A stretch of 62,236 nucleotides of DNA, the filler included, from Globobulimina sp. (taxonomy: Eukaryota): the NCBI GenBank assembly GCA_003354225.1. It is 12 parts of 12 records of this genome, joined end to end, with 100 filler letters (N's around TTAATTAATTAA, not from the genome) between each part and the next. Parts side by side here need not be neighbours in the genome. Positions count along the whole stretch, not along the records: positions 20,813 to 25,911 come from PIVH01000727.1; positions 26,012 to 31,108 come from PIVH01000728.1; positions 31,209 to 36,304 come from PIVH01000729.1; 9 more parts are not named here. One strand, written 5' to 3'. Positions 23,371 through 35,545 of this stretch are shown here, in pieces. Within the stretch, counting starts at the first letter, position 1; the number at the start of each line of letters is the position of its first letter. A model generated the notes under the pieces. It did no database searches and was not told where the DNA came from. It was given only the letters and a program-made list of their open reading frames with translations. The translations under genes were made by a program, and so were the position numbers.

Positions 23371-24237
23371 ATGACAAGCAAAAGGGATTTACAAAATAAA
23401 GAAAGCAACCAACCATTAAAAAAACAAAAAACAGATACAACCAATCAACCAATTCTTGATTCAAAACAAGCAATACAAAAAATATTAACAGACCCAAGTG
23501 ATTATAAAAGATATGAAAATATTTATCAAACTCTATGTAATGTTTTGAAATTCGACGATATTGGTATATTTTCACAAATAGCTCTATTTGCAACAGGTAA
23601 TATTGAAACATGTAATTTATGCAATAGAGAAATATTAGAATTGCAAAGTGGACCATTCAATTCAACATATATGAGAAACAAAGGGAGAGATGGCACACAT
23701 TCCTGGATTTCTGAGCATATTTACTGTGTTAATTGTGCCAACAATGTGGCAGATGACAATAAAGAACCTGGTGATTATGAAAACGATAATGTTTTTTTTC
23801 ATTGTGAATCAACTCAATGTAAACCAGGATATTATCCAAAGACAGAAATTATAGAATGTGATTCTTATATATTAGAAAGGAGTGTTCATTCAATTTGTAA
23901 AGAATGCATTACCAATATTCCTCTAACTATCTGCAACAATGGTTGTGGCAATTACTTGCATGGAGGAAAAGGGCCTACTCCCGACATTTTTTTATCGTAT
24001 GAGAGATGTGATACTTGTAAGCAAATGATATGCCCTAATTGTAGTAATCAAGCCATTCATCCAGATGCTGAGCCAGAAGATTTAAATGATACTTCATGCG
24101 ATGGATGTGGAGAATATATTGAGTGTTATAATTGTGCAAAGTGTAGTTGTTCAGCATATTTTGGTGGATACTGTGATTTAAAAATTTGTCCGGAATGCAA
24201 AGAAGATGATTATACAATGCAGAGCATTCATTGTTAA
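23371..24237 (+). CDS. Cys-rich putative zinc-binding protein
   Basis: Many CxxC pairs; basic N-terminus. Confidence 0.7.
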   Translation: MTSKRDLQNKESNQPLKKQKTDTTNQPILDSKQAIQKILTDPSDYKRYENIYQTLCNVLKFDDIGIFSQIALFATGNIETCNLCNREILELQSGPFNSTYMRNKGRDGTHSWISEHIYCVNCANNVADDNKEPGDYENDNVFFHCESTQCKPGYYPKTEIIECDSYILERSVHSICKECITNIPLTICNNGCGNYLHGGKGPTPDIFLSYERCDTCKQMICPNCSNQAIHPDAEPEDLNDTSCDGCGEYIECYNCAKCSCSAYFGGYCDLKICPECKEDDYTMQSIHC

Positions 24238-24346
24238 TGCAGAGCTCGTTGACTGTTGACCATTTTTTCTTAAAGTTTTTTTCACTAAGATTTAGAGTAA
24301 ACTATAAATCTTTTAAATATTGAAAACAGCGAACTCTAGTCATCCC

Positions 24347-25911
24347 ATGATACTCAAGAATGTATTCAAAAGAAGCTTTAATGTGAGCAGCCAGAGCTTG
24401 ACAAATCATTACCTATGGTCACAACGATGGTATTGTTCATTAATAAATGAGTATGTATCATCACCTCCAAACAATCCGGAAATTCCAAGTTTATTTCAAA
24501 GATTATTTTCCGATGGAATATTACGAGAAACATTTGAAGAAACATCCAGTAACTTTTTAAATGGTTTACATATAATAAATAATTATGATAAATACAGAGA
24601 TAAGTTCCAAATATTTAATGATTTTTCAAATGATACAATATGTTTAAATGAGATGATATCATATTTAATAGAAAATGCATACAGCGATGACTTATATGAG
24701 TTTGTATTATTTTGTGATGAATTAAATTTATTTAACTTAATAACACCCAACAATATGGAAAATATTCTGGATACATTATTAAATTCGGGAAGGACCCACG
24801 ACACAATTAATATTGGTCTGAAATTTAAACAATTATTAACACCATCAATGCATGAAACCATTGGTATGGCCATATGTTCGACGCCATGGATTAATAAATT
24901 GCATCATTCATTACATTCTCCCATTATTATGTGGTTTAAAATTTTAGTAAAACAATACGTTTTTTATTTCAATAATAATAAAGATTTATTAAATATTGAT
25001 TGGTTCGATGATGATCACAATCAAGAAATGCCTTTAATACGTCCGAAATTTGAATCATTTTTCATTTACATCACACATTTATTGGCACGAGACGGTGTTT
25101 ATAATGTTTGCACAGAAATATTAAGAATTATTGAACCAATGATAATCACTGTTAAGTAAAGTGTGAATTTTCACGAAATTAATTTTGAGAATTTATAAGA
25201 ATTATTGTTTTTGCTCTATTTATTAATAGTTTAAGTCCGTAACATTGGAATATGGTATAATGGGAATGTATGCATATTTGGGTGATGTAAATAATGTGGA
25301 ATCCATATTTAAACAGCAATTATCTGTTAATAAACGATCGGTGACTTTATTATCAATGCATTTATTGATGGTGGCACATTTAAATTGTTTTATAAATAAG
25401 AAACATATAAATAGCGATATCGATCAGCAACATCAGTTAACAGATATTTTGTCAGATATCTTATTATCGTTTCCATCATTTAACATATCACCGACGCGAA
25501 TAACGTATGATTTATTAATAAATGGTGGCTCTTTATCTGATAATAAAGAATTTATTTTGGATCAAATACATAATTTATCAAATTTAATGATTCCCAGCGG
25601 TACAAAGTTTGCAATGAATCAAGATCATAATTTATATTTTACTCTGACATCGCGGACTTTTGTGGCTTTAATATATCCATATATTGAAAATGATAAATTA
25701 AACGATGCCGAAATATTATTAAAAATGATAAATGATTATATTCCGATGAAAAGTCAACAAAAAAGACGGGATTGGAAGACAATGGAAACCAAATTCATCG
25801 AAGAATCAATAAGTTCGATTGAACCGTATATATATTCATTCCAACAGGATTTTATAAATATATTTCCAGCACAAAAATGTAAAACATTATTAAAACCATT
25901 ATATTCTTTAA
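24347..25911 (+). CDS. PPR-like helical-repeat protein, possibly mitochondrial; 3'-truncated
   Basis: Intron 25151-25229 joins the ORFs in frame. Presequence-like start; motifs YGIMGMYAYLGDVNNVESIF and ISPTRITYDLLING. Confidence 0.6.
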
Positions 25912-26206
25912 NNNNNNNNNNNNNNNNNNNNNNNNNNNNNNNNNNNNNNNNNNNNTTAATTAATTAANNNNNNNNNNNNNNNNNNNNNNNNNNNNNNNNN
26001 NNNNNNNNNNNTGCGTTTTGTTGTGTTTTGTATTGTTTTTTAACTGTTTCATCACTGTTTTATCATGTTTTGTGTTGTTATATAATGTGTTTTGTTTTGT
26101 ATAGGATAGTGTGTAATTGATACAACACAAACACAATACCAAAATGACGAAAGAGTGATGAGTTTGAAAAGATTTTCAAAAATTCAGTACTAATCGGAAA
26201 GCCTGA

Positions 26207-27893
26207 ATGACCCAAACAGACAAAGATGTGTATTGGGATTTATTTGGTGATTTTGAACAGCAACAACCAGATGAAATTGAAGGTGATCCTTTTTCGTGGG
26301 CAGATAACATATGGGATGACAATCCATGGCAAGATCAAGAAACGCAAACAGCAAACCAGTCCACAGAGGATATTAATAACACCAAAAAGAAAAAGAAAAA
26401 GAAAAAAAAGAAAAAGAAAAAAAGCAAAAAGAAAAAACATCAACCACATCAACTAGAACATGCCGGAGAAAAGGAAGAAAAGGAAGACAATGAAGATGAG
26501 AGTGATGAGACTGAAGCATTACAAACAACAAACAACAACGACAAAACTACTGGTCATGATACATGTAATTACAATGAATTCGAATATGATCAACAGCACT
26601 TACAGCAGCCAAATGATATTGGTATCAACATCAACATCAACACACAAAATGATATCCATGTTCTCAAAATAATGTATAGAAAGCAATTAGTCTCAACTAT
26701 AATTGTCACCATATTGGTAGTCATAGCATTTATATCAGGCACCTTTTGTTCAAGATTTTTATACATGGCGAGGTATTACGTTTAATTTGCTAATCCTATT
26801 TGGCTGTGGCTTGGGCATTTATTGCGGTATTAATGATGACGACAAATCTCCACAACAACCTCTCACAAAATTAAAATTTCTGTTGACTTATTTCTTGCTC
26901 TTAATGTATTAATATCATCCACTCTGATATTTGGGATTGGCATTGTTTACTTATTTGTGATCCCCATCCGTGTCGCCGATGATTATTCCAGCAGTGTATT
27001 ATTCGGATTATGTTTGTTTTATTTGTTTGGATTGCTATTTTGGAGCATGTTCGTTGCATTTTATGTTGATTTGGTCGCTCGTTCCTGTTTAAAAAGAGGG
27101 CGTATCGGTTTCACTGTGGTTAAATTGGTGGATACATCTTCCAAACGGCAAGAAAATAAATGGTTCAAAATATATTCGTTTGTGATAAAATTTAGATTGA
27201 AATTTCGTTTGATTCGTAGGTATTTTACACAGATGACTGGCATCCAATGTTATGTACAATTTGTGTTTCGACAATAATTTATTTGATGTACATATTTTAG
27301 GTATATTTGATGCCCAAAAGCGGGAAGAAAGAAAATATTCTTCCAAACAACACGAAGAGGATAAAGTGATGGAGATATTGCATGAAAATGAAATGGATAC
27401 AACGGAATTTAAAACAAATATGGTGTCCAGCTGTGGTGCATTATGTGGTGGAATATTGATATGTTTATTGTTTCCATTTTATTTATTATATCAATGTTTT
27501 ATTAAATGTTTTGAAGCCATACTTGAACTATTTGCGTGTTGGAATGACAGCAGTTCTTCTTCTACGAATTGGACATCGACATTAGTTTGCTGCAATATTT
27601 TCTGTTTATTGTTATTGGCGTATATATTTTTTCCATTATTTATTCTAATAATATTAACTGCAATATTTATGATACCGTTGTTTTGTGGATTTTGTGGCTT
27701 GGATACTGAGGAACATATGGCAATGTGTGCATGTTTGGCATGTTGTGTTTCATTGCCAATTTGGGTGTATGTATGGTGGCTTATTATTTGCCAGAATGCG
27801 TCGTTTGACAGTGATGGTTGGGACTGGAATGCTCAATGTTCTATGTGGAATCTTACCACTTGGTTGTTGGTTGAAGTGTTGTTCGGATCCTGA
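26207..27893 (+). pseudogene. Multi-pass membrane protein with poly-Lys N-terminus, broken by about two frameshifts
   Basis: Hydrophobic coding-like sequence continues across frame changes near 26738 and 26905; probable intron about 27248-27300. Confidence 0.55.
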
Positions 27894-28081
27894 CCTGAGT
27901 CTTGTGGTTGTTTAATTTGTAATGTTTTCTTTTTTTTGCTGGTTTTTACCGAAAAACTTGAATCGAAAACCTGGTCGTATTAGACTCGGATATTAAGATT
28001 GTTTCTGAAATAAAACATTTATTTAGGACTTGTGGTACTATTCAAGATATTTAAAACAACGAAATATTTCAGACTCCAGCA

Positions 28082-28468
28082 CTATTGACGTACATTGCTG
28101 TCTTTGTATTCATATTCATATTCATCAATGTCGAGATCATCCATTTCTGCTAATTCTAAGTCATAGATTGTTTTGACAGGTGGCAATTTTTGAAATACAT
28201 CAAAATTGTCTTTATCCTCAAAATACCACAATTTATTAACCACTTTTTCAACAAACTTATCATGATATGGTACTTTGTTATGATGAAATGCAACAACCCA
28301 TGGAAATGAACAACATAACACAAATAAACCAGCTTGAAAATACCACCGAGGCCTCCATGTTAATGGTTTAAACACGGATCCTGGACTTGGCCGCCGTAAT
28401 CTGTTTTTGTCGTAGGCGTGAAAAAATGATGTTCGTTTACAGACATTTAGTATTGACCGTGCAGACAT
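28082..28468 (-). CDS. Small single-TM protein, possibly mitochondrial
   Basis: Arg-rich N-terminus, one TM, acidic tail. Confidence 0.65.
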   Translation of the reverse strand: MSARSILNVCKRTSFFHAYDKNRLRRPSPGSVFKPLTWRPRWYFQAGLFVLCCSFPWVVAFHHNKVPYHDKFVEKVVNKLWYFEDKDNFDVFQKLPPVKTIYDLELAEMDDLDIDEYEYEYKDSNVRQ

Positions 28469-28556
28469 TGTCTATTGCCTCTATAGTTTTTACTTTAAAG
28501 TTTAAGTTTTTCAGTTTTAATAAATGTCGAGGTGCTATTTTGTCACAACTGGCAAA

Positions 28557-29462
28557 TTAAAGAACAGTGTCTGACTCAGAGCTAGTATCAATTTCAACTG
28601 CTGTCCAATTCTCAAATTCATTAAATATCGAGACATTGCTTTCTTTTTTCTTTTGAGCTTTTGGCCATCGACTGTTTGTATGAATAACTTGAGCCGCTTT
28701 GCCACACAAAATATTCAACAAATCCTTTTCATCAAATTGTAGACGATTTAGATCCGCCGAAACTAATTCATAATATTCAAGCAAACCATTATAATTATCA
28801 TCGTTTATATTTATATTTATATTAATATTCCATTCCGCTAAAATACGAAAATCGTTTCTGATCTTTTTCTTTTCTCGTTTTGAGACAAATCCTTTTCCAT
28901 TTTTATAGGATGCGATTAAAAACATTATGTCATAGTACATAACCGCTAATTTATTGATTGCGTAGCAATATTCGTCATATTTGCCTCGCACATATAATAT
29001 GTCACCCATTCCATGCCGAAATATTATGCCTTTCCGGCGACGAATAACAATCACATTTTGCACCACTTTGTTCTTATTGATATCCATTGGCTGTTTTGTA
29101 TTTGCTGCAAACGATAAAATTGGAATTAATGAATCGAATGAAAAAGCATTTAGTAATAAATGTAATTTATTAAACGATGAATTTATTTCAATGTTTGATT
29201 GCTTTATATTTAATAAAATGTTTGGTCGAAACAATCGATGTTCATTTTCATTTTCATTTTCATTCAATATTAATACATGGCATTTTATATAATATTCTCC
29301 GTCAGATACAATAATTGAAGTGTTTGATTCAATCTTTTTGATTTTAGCAATGCATCGACGGCCATCCCATTTCGTATTGCCTTCGCAGCCAAGTTTGGCT
29401 TTCACATAATCCAATATCCATGGTTTGATTTTTTGTTTTCTGCTTTTTGAGGATCGCGACAT
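28557..29462 (-). CDS. Putative TPP1/Est3-like OB-fold telomere protein
   Basis: IKPWILDYV, IIVSDGEYYIKCHV, LHLLLNAFS and DINKNKVVQ occur in the same order as TPP1 OB-fold motifs. Confidence 0.6.
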   Translation of the reverse strand: MSRSSKSRKQKIKPWILDYVKAKLGCEGNTKWDGRRCIAKIKKIESNTSIIVSDGEYYIKCHVLILNENENENEHRLFRPNILLNIKQSNIEINSSFNKLHLLLNAFSFDSLIPILSFAANTKQPMDINKNKVVQNVIVIRRRKGIIFRHGMGDILYVRGKYDEYCYAINKLAVMYYDIMFLIASYKNGKGFVSKREKKKIRNDFRILAEWNININININDDNYNGLLEYYELVSADLNRLQFDEKDLLNILCGKAAQVIHTNSRWPKAQKKKESNVSIFNEFENWTAVEIDTSSESDTVL

Positions 29463-29611
29463 GGTTTGAACTTTAAAGCAAAAATGTTTGAGATGTGGTT
29501 TTTTTAATTTTGTGCTGGATTTGCAAACCTAAGACAAAGTTATAACAAATCCAAGACAAAGGTATAGCAAATAAGCAGATATATCATTTCTTGCAAAACT
29601 GATTGTAGATT

Positions 29612-29986
29612 TTGGCAAATAAAATGGAAATATTACAATGTAAAGCATTAAGAGACAGTGCTATTAATATTCCGTTGCTTGAGAATGGATATTGGTCGTT
29701 GCATAATAATCGATTAAAAAGATATATCTCTGCGTATGATACAAATAAATTTAGTTCAGATTCGTTCGATTTATTAGTTGGATTATTAAATATTGATCAG
29801 GACAAACGATTGAATGCTATGGATGTATTACAACATAAATGGTTCAAATTATATTTTAAAAATTATCATAAACAAATTGAAAAAAAAGCAGCGATTCAAA
29901 AAGCAAAATTAGAAAAACAAAAACATGGATTAAGAAATTTTCCTTTTTATCAAATGGCGCAATGTGAAAAAGTACGTTTGTTTTAA
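29612..29986 (+). pseudogene. Ser/Thr kinase C-terminal fragment
   Basis: Subdomain XI-like FDLLVGLLNIDQDKRLNAMDVLQHKWF; no upstream catalytic core before the neighbouring gene. Confidence 0.7.
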
Positions 29987-30284
29987 ATTTTGAAAACAAA
30001 TAATATATATTTCGTAAAATATAAATTGAGGAATATATTATATATTTACCTGATTGTGTGCGCATTTGTTTTTATATTAATATTATTTTAATTTATGTGA
30101 TGTATTTTGTGTGTTTGTGTTGGAAATTATTTTGTTTTTTTTGTATTATCATGTGTAATTCTACATTTTTTTGGTTATACTTTGTATCATATTATTTGTG
30201 TTTTGTGGATTTATAATGTTTATACGTCTCCGTTAAATACTAACTGTCGTACTTTTACAGTTTTTATTTTACATAAAAAACATC

Positions 30285-31108
30285 ATGTCGCCGTATTTCC
30301 TTTTTTTATTTGCAGCAACAACATACGCAGCTAGATTACCATCCAAATCCCTGGGGTTCTATTGTTTAATTGCAGACGATGGAGACTCTGTTTGTGTTCT
30401 ATTACTACCAATAATACAATATAATGTATACAAACACTCACATATAAAAAGCAATATTCATCCACATCAAATTGGCAGCCACAATTATATGATTACATTA
30501 TCAGCGGCTCAAACGTCATCTGGTTAACATTCATAAATCCTGAGAAAATGCCTTCAGTCCCTCCGGCTATGGCAAATCTCGCCAAATGTAAAGGCCAACC
30601 TGGCTGTCCCGGCATAAACACGCCAGTAATATTCAGTATTGGCGGTGAAGGCTATTCTAAAAAAGCATGGTCTTGGTTAAGCTCGCAAGCTGCCGCAGAA
30701 AACATGGCGGCCGAAGTAGCCACTTGGGACGCAAAATATGGCGCAGATGGCGTGGATCTTGACATTGAGGGCCCTGCAGGTTCAGCCAAGCATGGTGGTC
30801 AAAACATGGTGTATTTTGCTAAGAAATTACATGCTTTAAATCCAAATATGATTATAACGCAGCCCGTATATGGATATCCACAAATCGATGCGGAGAATGA
30901 TGTGGTCAATGCAGGGTTCACCGCAGATGGACAGGCAAATGGTTTAGTTGCTGCAGTTGGGTTAATGGTGTATAATGATTTAGAATCATTGAATTGGGTC
31001 AAAGATTATGCAAATGCCACAACTCAAAACCTTCCGATTAAAGTAAATGTGCCGACTGCAAATATATTGGCTGGTATTCAAGGACCTGCATCGGATTCGG
31101 TGATCCAA
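30285..31108 (+). CDS. GH18 chitinase-like hydrolase, secreted, 3'-truncated
   Basis: Signal peptide, intron 30390-30451, SIGG and DGVDLDIE motifs. Confidence 0.9.
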
Positions 31109-31208
31109 NNNNNNNNNNNNNNNNNNNNNNNNNNNNNNNNNNNNNNNNNNNNTTAATTAATTAANNNNNNNNNNNNNNNNNNNNNNNNNNNNNNNNNNNN
31201 NNNNNNNN

Positions 31209-32393
31209 GTCGCGGTCGACGACAAACGCGAAGAGTGCGAGAAATCGTACGGAACGGCGGTGATTTTGAATGATCGCTTGATATTTTCCGGCTTTTTGAT
31301 CCATTCTTGCATCGAAATGGGGCACCGAACGCGGAACAGATTCCGTGATTTTGTCGGCTTTGTCAATTTGGTGTCGCACGAATTCGAGCCGGAATGGGAT
31401 TTGTTGCCATATTATTCGATTGGAATCAAGCTACGCAGCGACGGCCGGCCCTATTTCCTGGGTTTGGAGTGCTTGAACCGTAACAAATTGATGATATTCA
31501 ATGGCATCATCTCAGTGGCGGCGACGCCCGACGATGAGTGGGATTATTACGAGATTCCTTTGCATCATTTCCGGCCCTATGACCACGGCGAATTCATTCA
31601 AGGCGAAAACTGGATGAAAGTGCGTTATTTGCGCAGTATCGGCATCCAAGCCGTCGGCGGAACGGGCTCCTTCAAGCTGGAAATCGCATGGATTCGGGCC
31701 ATGGCTTATGAGGCTCGCTTCGATGTCGCTGATGAAAATATCACATTTATCCAAGATATCGATGCATTGGGCATTTACAAGGACGACTTAATCAAATTCC
31801 ACATCATTCAGCACCAGTATTTTATCGACGACTTTGCGGATCCTTTCCGCTTCGAAGATAATGGCGTCTTTGACGACAATGTGTATTTAGGACCGCCCAG
31901 AGCGCAAAGACAGCATTTTAGTAAGTTGTCGCCGGACTTGTTGCGATATGTCGACGTGATCGACGACATTCCATTGACGGAGGAGACGCAGAAATATCTG
32001 CAGTATTATTTGGACTCCGATGACATGTACATGTTTGAAAACTATTTGTCCGACAAATTGATTGGAGACACAAAACATATCCAACAGCTGTTCAAATCCG
32101 ACACCATTTCTATTTGCGACGCGACCAACAATTTGTTGTACAACCAATTAAAACATCAATCCAAACACAATCAATATCTGACTTCAAACGTGTATCACAA
32201 TGAAAATATCCATATGGTCAACACCAAGGAACAGCACATTCAACATAAGACACCCTTTGTTTTCAACGATGTCAAGCAAACTTCAAACAATCCAATCACT
32301 ATTTTGACGCAAAGACGGCGACAATTGCTACGCTTTTCTCTCCCGGAACACTTGCGAGAAAGGGAGGTGGGCAAATGGCCGCATTTAGTCTGA
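31209..32393 (+). CDS. NDUFAF1: CIA30-domain complex I assembly factor, 5'-truncated
   Basis: LRSDGRPY...WDYYEIPLHHF...LRSIGI...GSFKLEIAWIRA. Confidence 0.75.
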   Translation, partial: VAVDDKREECEKSYGTAVILNDRLIFSGFLIHSCIEMGHRTRNRFRDFVGFVNLVSHEFEPEWDLLPYYSIGIKLRSDGRPYFLGLECLNRNKLMIFNGIISVAATPDDEWDYYEIPLHHFRPYDHGEFIQGENWMKVRYLRSIGIQAVGGTGSFKLEIAWIRAMAYEARFDVADENITFIQDIDALGIYKDDLIKFHIIQHQYFIDDFADPFRFEDNGVFDDNVYLGPPRAQRQHFSKLSPDLLRYVDVIDDIPLTEETQKYLQYYLDSDDMYMFENYLSDKLIGDTKHIQQLFKSDTISICDATNNLLYNQLKHQSKHNQYLTSNVYHNENIHMVNTKEQHIQHKTPFVFNDVKQTSNNPITILTQRRRQLLRFSLPEHLREREVGKWPHLV

Positions 32394-32451
32394 AAATAAT
32401 AAAAAAACTTTGTATACTAGTAATTAAATGTCAGTAAGATTTTATTAGTAG

Positions 32452-33336
32452 TCATGAGTAAGTCTGAAAAGTTTCGTTTTGTGAGACTTTCTCATAGCTT
32501 TTATTGGCTTGATGCGCGTCCTCGTCCTCTCCATGCTCATCGTACCAATTTAGATAATCTTGGTAAGTCACATCAAACTTGAATTTGAAATCATATTTCA
32601 TGCACACTCCATAAAACAAAATAAACATTAAAAATATGATAACAAATGAGATAATCCAGCCAGAGATGTAAGTGATGCACAAAGATAAGAACCAGGCGCC
32701 CCACAAAGATTCACCAGTTTCTTTTCCACTTTTCCAAACAAAATATATGCCCAAACCAAACAATCCCACCGATATGACGCCCCATACAGCCATACAGACA
32801 TAGCCCGCCAATTCAAATTTGACTCTGGCTCTGGTCCCTTCTTGTTGGAGGCACGTGCATGTTGCCATTTGTTTCAATATGGAATTTACAATGGTTTTTA
32901 CGAGACCTCCTAAGATTGAATATCCATAATACGCTGCAAAATTGCGGAAGTCGTCGTAGATGGCATCTTTTTCAACTTTCACTGTGATCAAATATAATGT
33001 GACCGAAGCAGCCCACATTGAGGCAAACGCAAAGATAAATAGTTCGATGAACAATCTTTCCCATCTCCCCAAAGGATGCACTTTGAGAGACAAACAAATG
33101 GATAACAGGTTGTGTTCCTGTTTGGTGTAGAACCATATGTCGGGCCACCAGTCGCCAGTCCAAACGAGTTTATGTTTGGCTAAATCTTCACGATATGCTG
33201 CCGTTGGTTGATCATACACATTGTCATCAGAATCATACTGAGAGATATCCTCGTTATCCACTGTTCTGTTTGGATCCTTGTCGGGGTCATCTTTGTATTT
33301 TAGAATCCAAACTCCACGGTATTCATCTGCATCCAT
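32452..33336 (-). CDS. Uncharacterised 4-TM membrane protein
   Basis: Intact ORF with four hydrophobic helices. Confidence 0.75.
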   Translation of the reverse strand: MDADEYRGVWILKYKDDPDKDPNRTVDNEDISQYDSDDNVYDQPTAAYREDLAKHKLVWTGDWWPDIWFYTKQEHNLLSICLSLKVHPLGRWERLFIELFIFAFASMWAASVTLYLITVKVEKDAIYDDFRNFAAYYGYSILGGLVKTIVNSILKQMATCTCLQQEGTRARVKFELAGYVCMAVWGVISVGLFGLGIYFVWKSGKETGESLWGAWFLSLCITYISGWIISFVIIFLMFILFYGVCMKYDFKFKFDVTYQDYLNWYDEHGEDEDAHQANKSYEKVSQNETFQTYS

Positions 33337-33418
33337 TTGACTTTTTGCTTTCAGTGAAATGGTCGATGGTTAGAACGATTTTACAGTTTTCGCAGACTGA
33401 CTTGCTTTTAACAGAACC

Positions 33419-35012
33419 GAGCGATTCTAATGAACTGATCATTCAGTGTGTACCCATCATCGCATATTTTGGGCAGATATGACCGGTCATTGGTGGAGCA
33501 ATGACCGGTCATCGGTATAAATTGCATAAATTATGCTTGTATACCATGAATTATTAGATCTATGATTTATATGATTTATATAAATTGTATAAATTATAGT
33601 GGTATAAATTATATAAATTGTATAAATTTTAGTTGTATACATGATTTATAAGATTCATGATTTATACAATTAATATAATTTATGCAGGTATACAAACCCA
33701 TAAATTACATAAATTATATAAATTATAGTTGTATACATGATTAACAAGATTTATGATTTATAAAATTTATATAATTTATGCAACCTATAAATTGTAAAAA
33801 TTATATAAATTATAAACTTTATATAAATTAGATAAATTTTATAAATTATGTAAATTCTATAGATTACAAGAAGAACGGTGGATGAAGCACTTGAGAAGAA
33901 CGGTGGTGCGGCAGATTTGGATATGATATTGGATGAGAATCCTTAATTATTTATTTTGTTTTTGCTTTGTATCTTAAGACTTAGTAATATTTATACTTTT
34001 AAAAACTTGCAGTATGATTATCATAATTCTGTAAATTTAAATAATTATCATAATTCCTGGACATTTTATTTGCAAAATGTCCAGGAATTATGCATCAGTA
34101 ATTATTTATAAATATATTAATTATCATAATTCGGTAAATTTAAATAATTATCATAATTCCTGGACATTTTATTTGCAAAATGTCCAGGAATTATGCATCA
34201 GTATAATTAATGTAGTATAATTAATATAATTTATATAAATCGCATAATTCATGTACATCTAGTAATTCATAGTAAGTAAGCATGATTAATACAATTTATG
34301 CAATTTATACTGATGACCAGTCATTGTTCCACCAATAATTTATATAATTCATGGTATACAAGCATAATTTATGCAATTTATACTGATGACCAGTCATTGC
34401 TCCACCGATGACCGGTCATACCTGGGCCAAAATATGCGATGACCGGTCATACCTGAATGATCAGTGTATACCAATAACAATGACGAGGTCATAGCTTAAA
34501 AAAAAAATGCAATAGGGATATTTTTATAAATTATATAAATCAGATGAATTATGGCTTGTCTAAGTCAGTATATAAATCACACAAATTTTATAAATCATAA
34601 AAATCTAATATCAGAAATTATACAAATTGTATAAATCATTTTATATAAATCCTATAGATTCCATAAATTCTATAAATTATATTCTAGTGAATCATGTAAA
34701 TTATCTCAATTATCAAAATTGTATAAAGCACTGCTAGTATAAATTATACAAATTGTATAAATCATTTACATAAATTATGTAAATTGTAGTAATTCTCTAA
34801 ATTATATAAAGCACTGCTAATACAAATTGTATAAATTGTATAAATCAGATTTATAAATTATATAAATTTCATTAATTATTTACATAAATTGTATAAATTA
34901 TATAAATTTGGTATACACAAAATGCGTATACACAAAAAGACCGGTCATTTCAAAATTGATTTCTGACAAATATGAATGACGAATCTGAATGATCAGTTCA
35001 TTAGAATCGCTC
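33419..35012. mobile_element. Non-autonomous foldback/MITE-like element with perfect 28-bp TIRs
   Basis: GAGCGATTCTAATGAACTGATCATTCAG (33419-33446) is the exact reverse complement of 34985-35012. Interior is non-coding TATAAAT-rich repeat with nested inverted repeats. Confidence 0.88.
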
Positions 35013-35291
35013 AAACGGACGAATAATTATAAATGGTATGATACAAACTGTGGCAATGTAAAGTATTTTGTATGTTTAAAAAGACCATCACCATCACCGC
35101 CAAGCAGTGCGAGTAGTGAAGCTATTCAATTATGGGATGGTGTAAATTTCAAACAAGATTTATATGAACAAGTAAAGCAAATGCATTTAGTGATGGTTGC
35201 TTTATGTGCCGCCGTATTTATTATGTTTATTAAAGTTTCCACAAAATCTGAGTTGAATAAGATTTCGACAATGTCTGATAACGCATTTTAA
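35013..35291 (+). pseudogene. 3' remnant of a C-type lectin membrane protein
   Basis: KWYDTNCGNVKYFVC (end of a CTLD), Pro/Ser linker and TM, starting right at the TIR. Confidence 0.65.
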
Positions 35292-35545
35292 TTTGTTGTT
35301 TTTTGATACGTTATATAACTTATTAATTTATTTATTTTTTTTAGTATTTATTTTATCAAAAAATTGAAAAAACGCTTATCTTTTAGGCTATCCTCGCACA
35401 TACGCCGCGTGGTGATACCATTATTATAGGAATTTAAAAATATTATCAATAAAATAAAAGTTTAATATTCAATATTATTGCATCTTTTTATGAAAAGTTA
35501 CTAAGGTCCGCTAACCTTATATATAATTAAACCATTCTGTCGACA

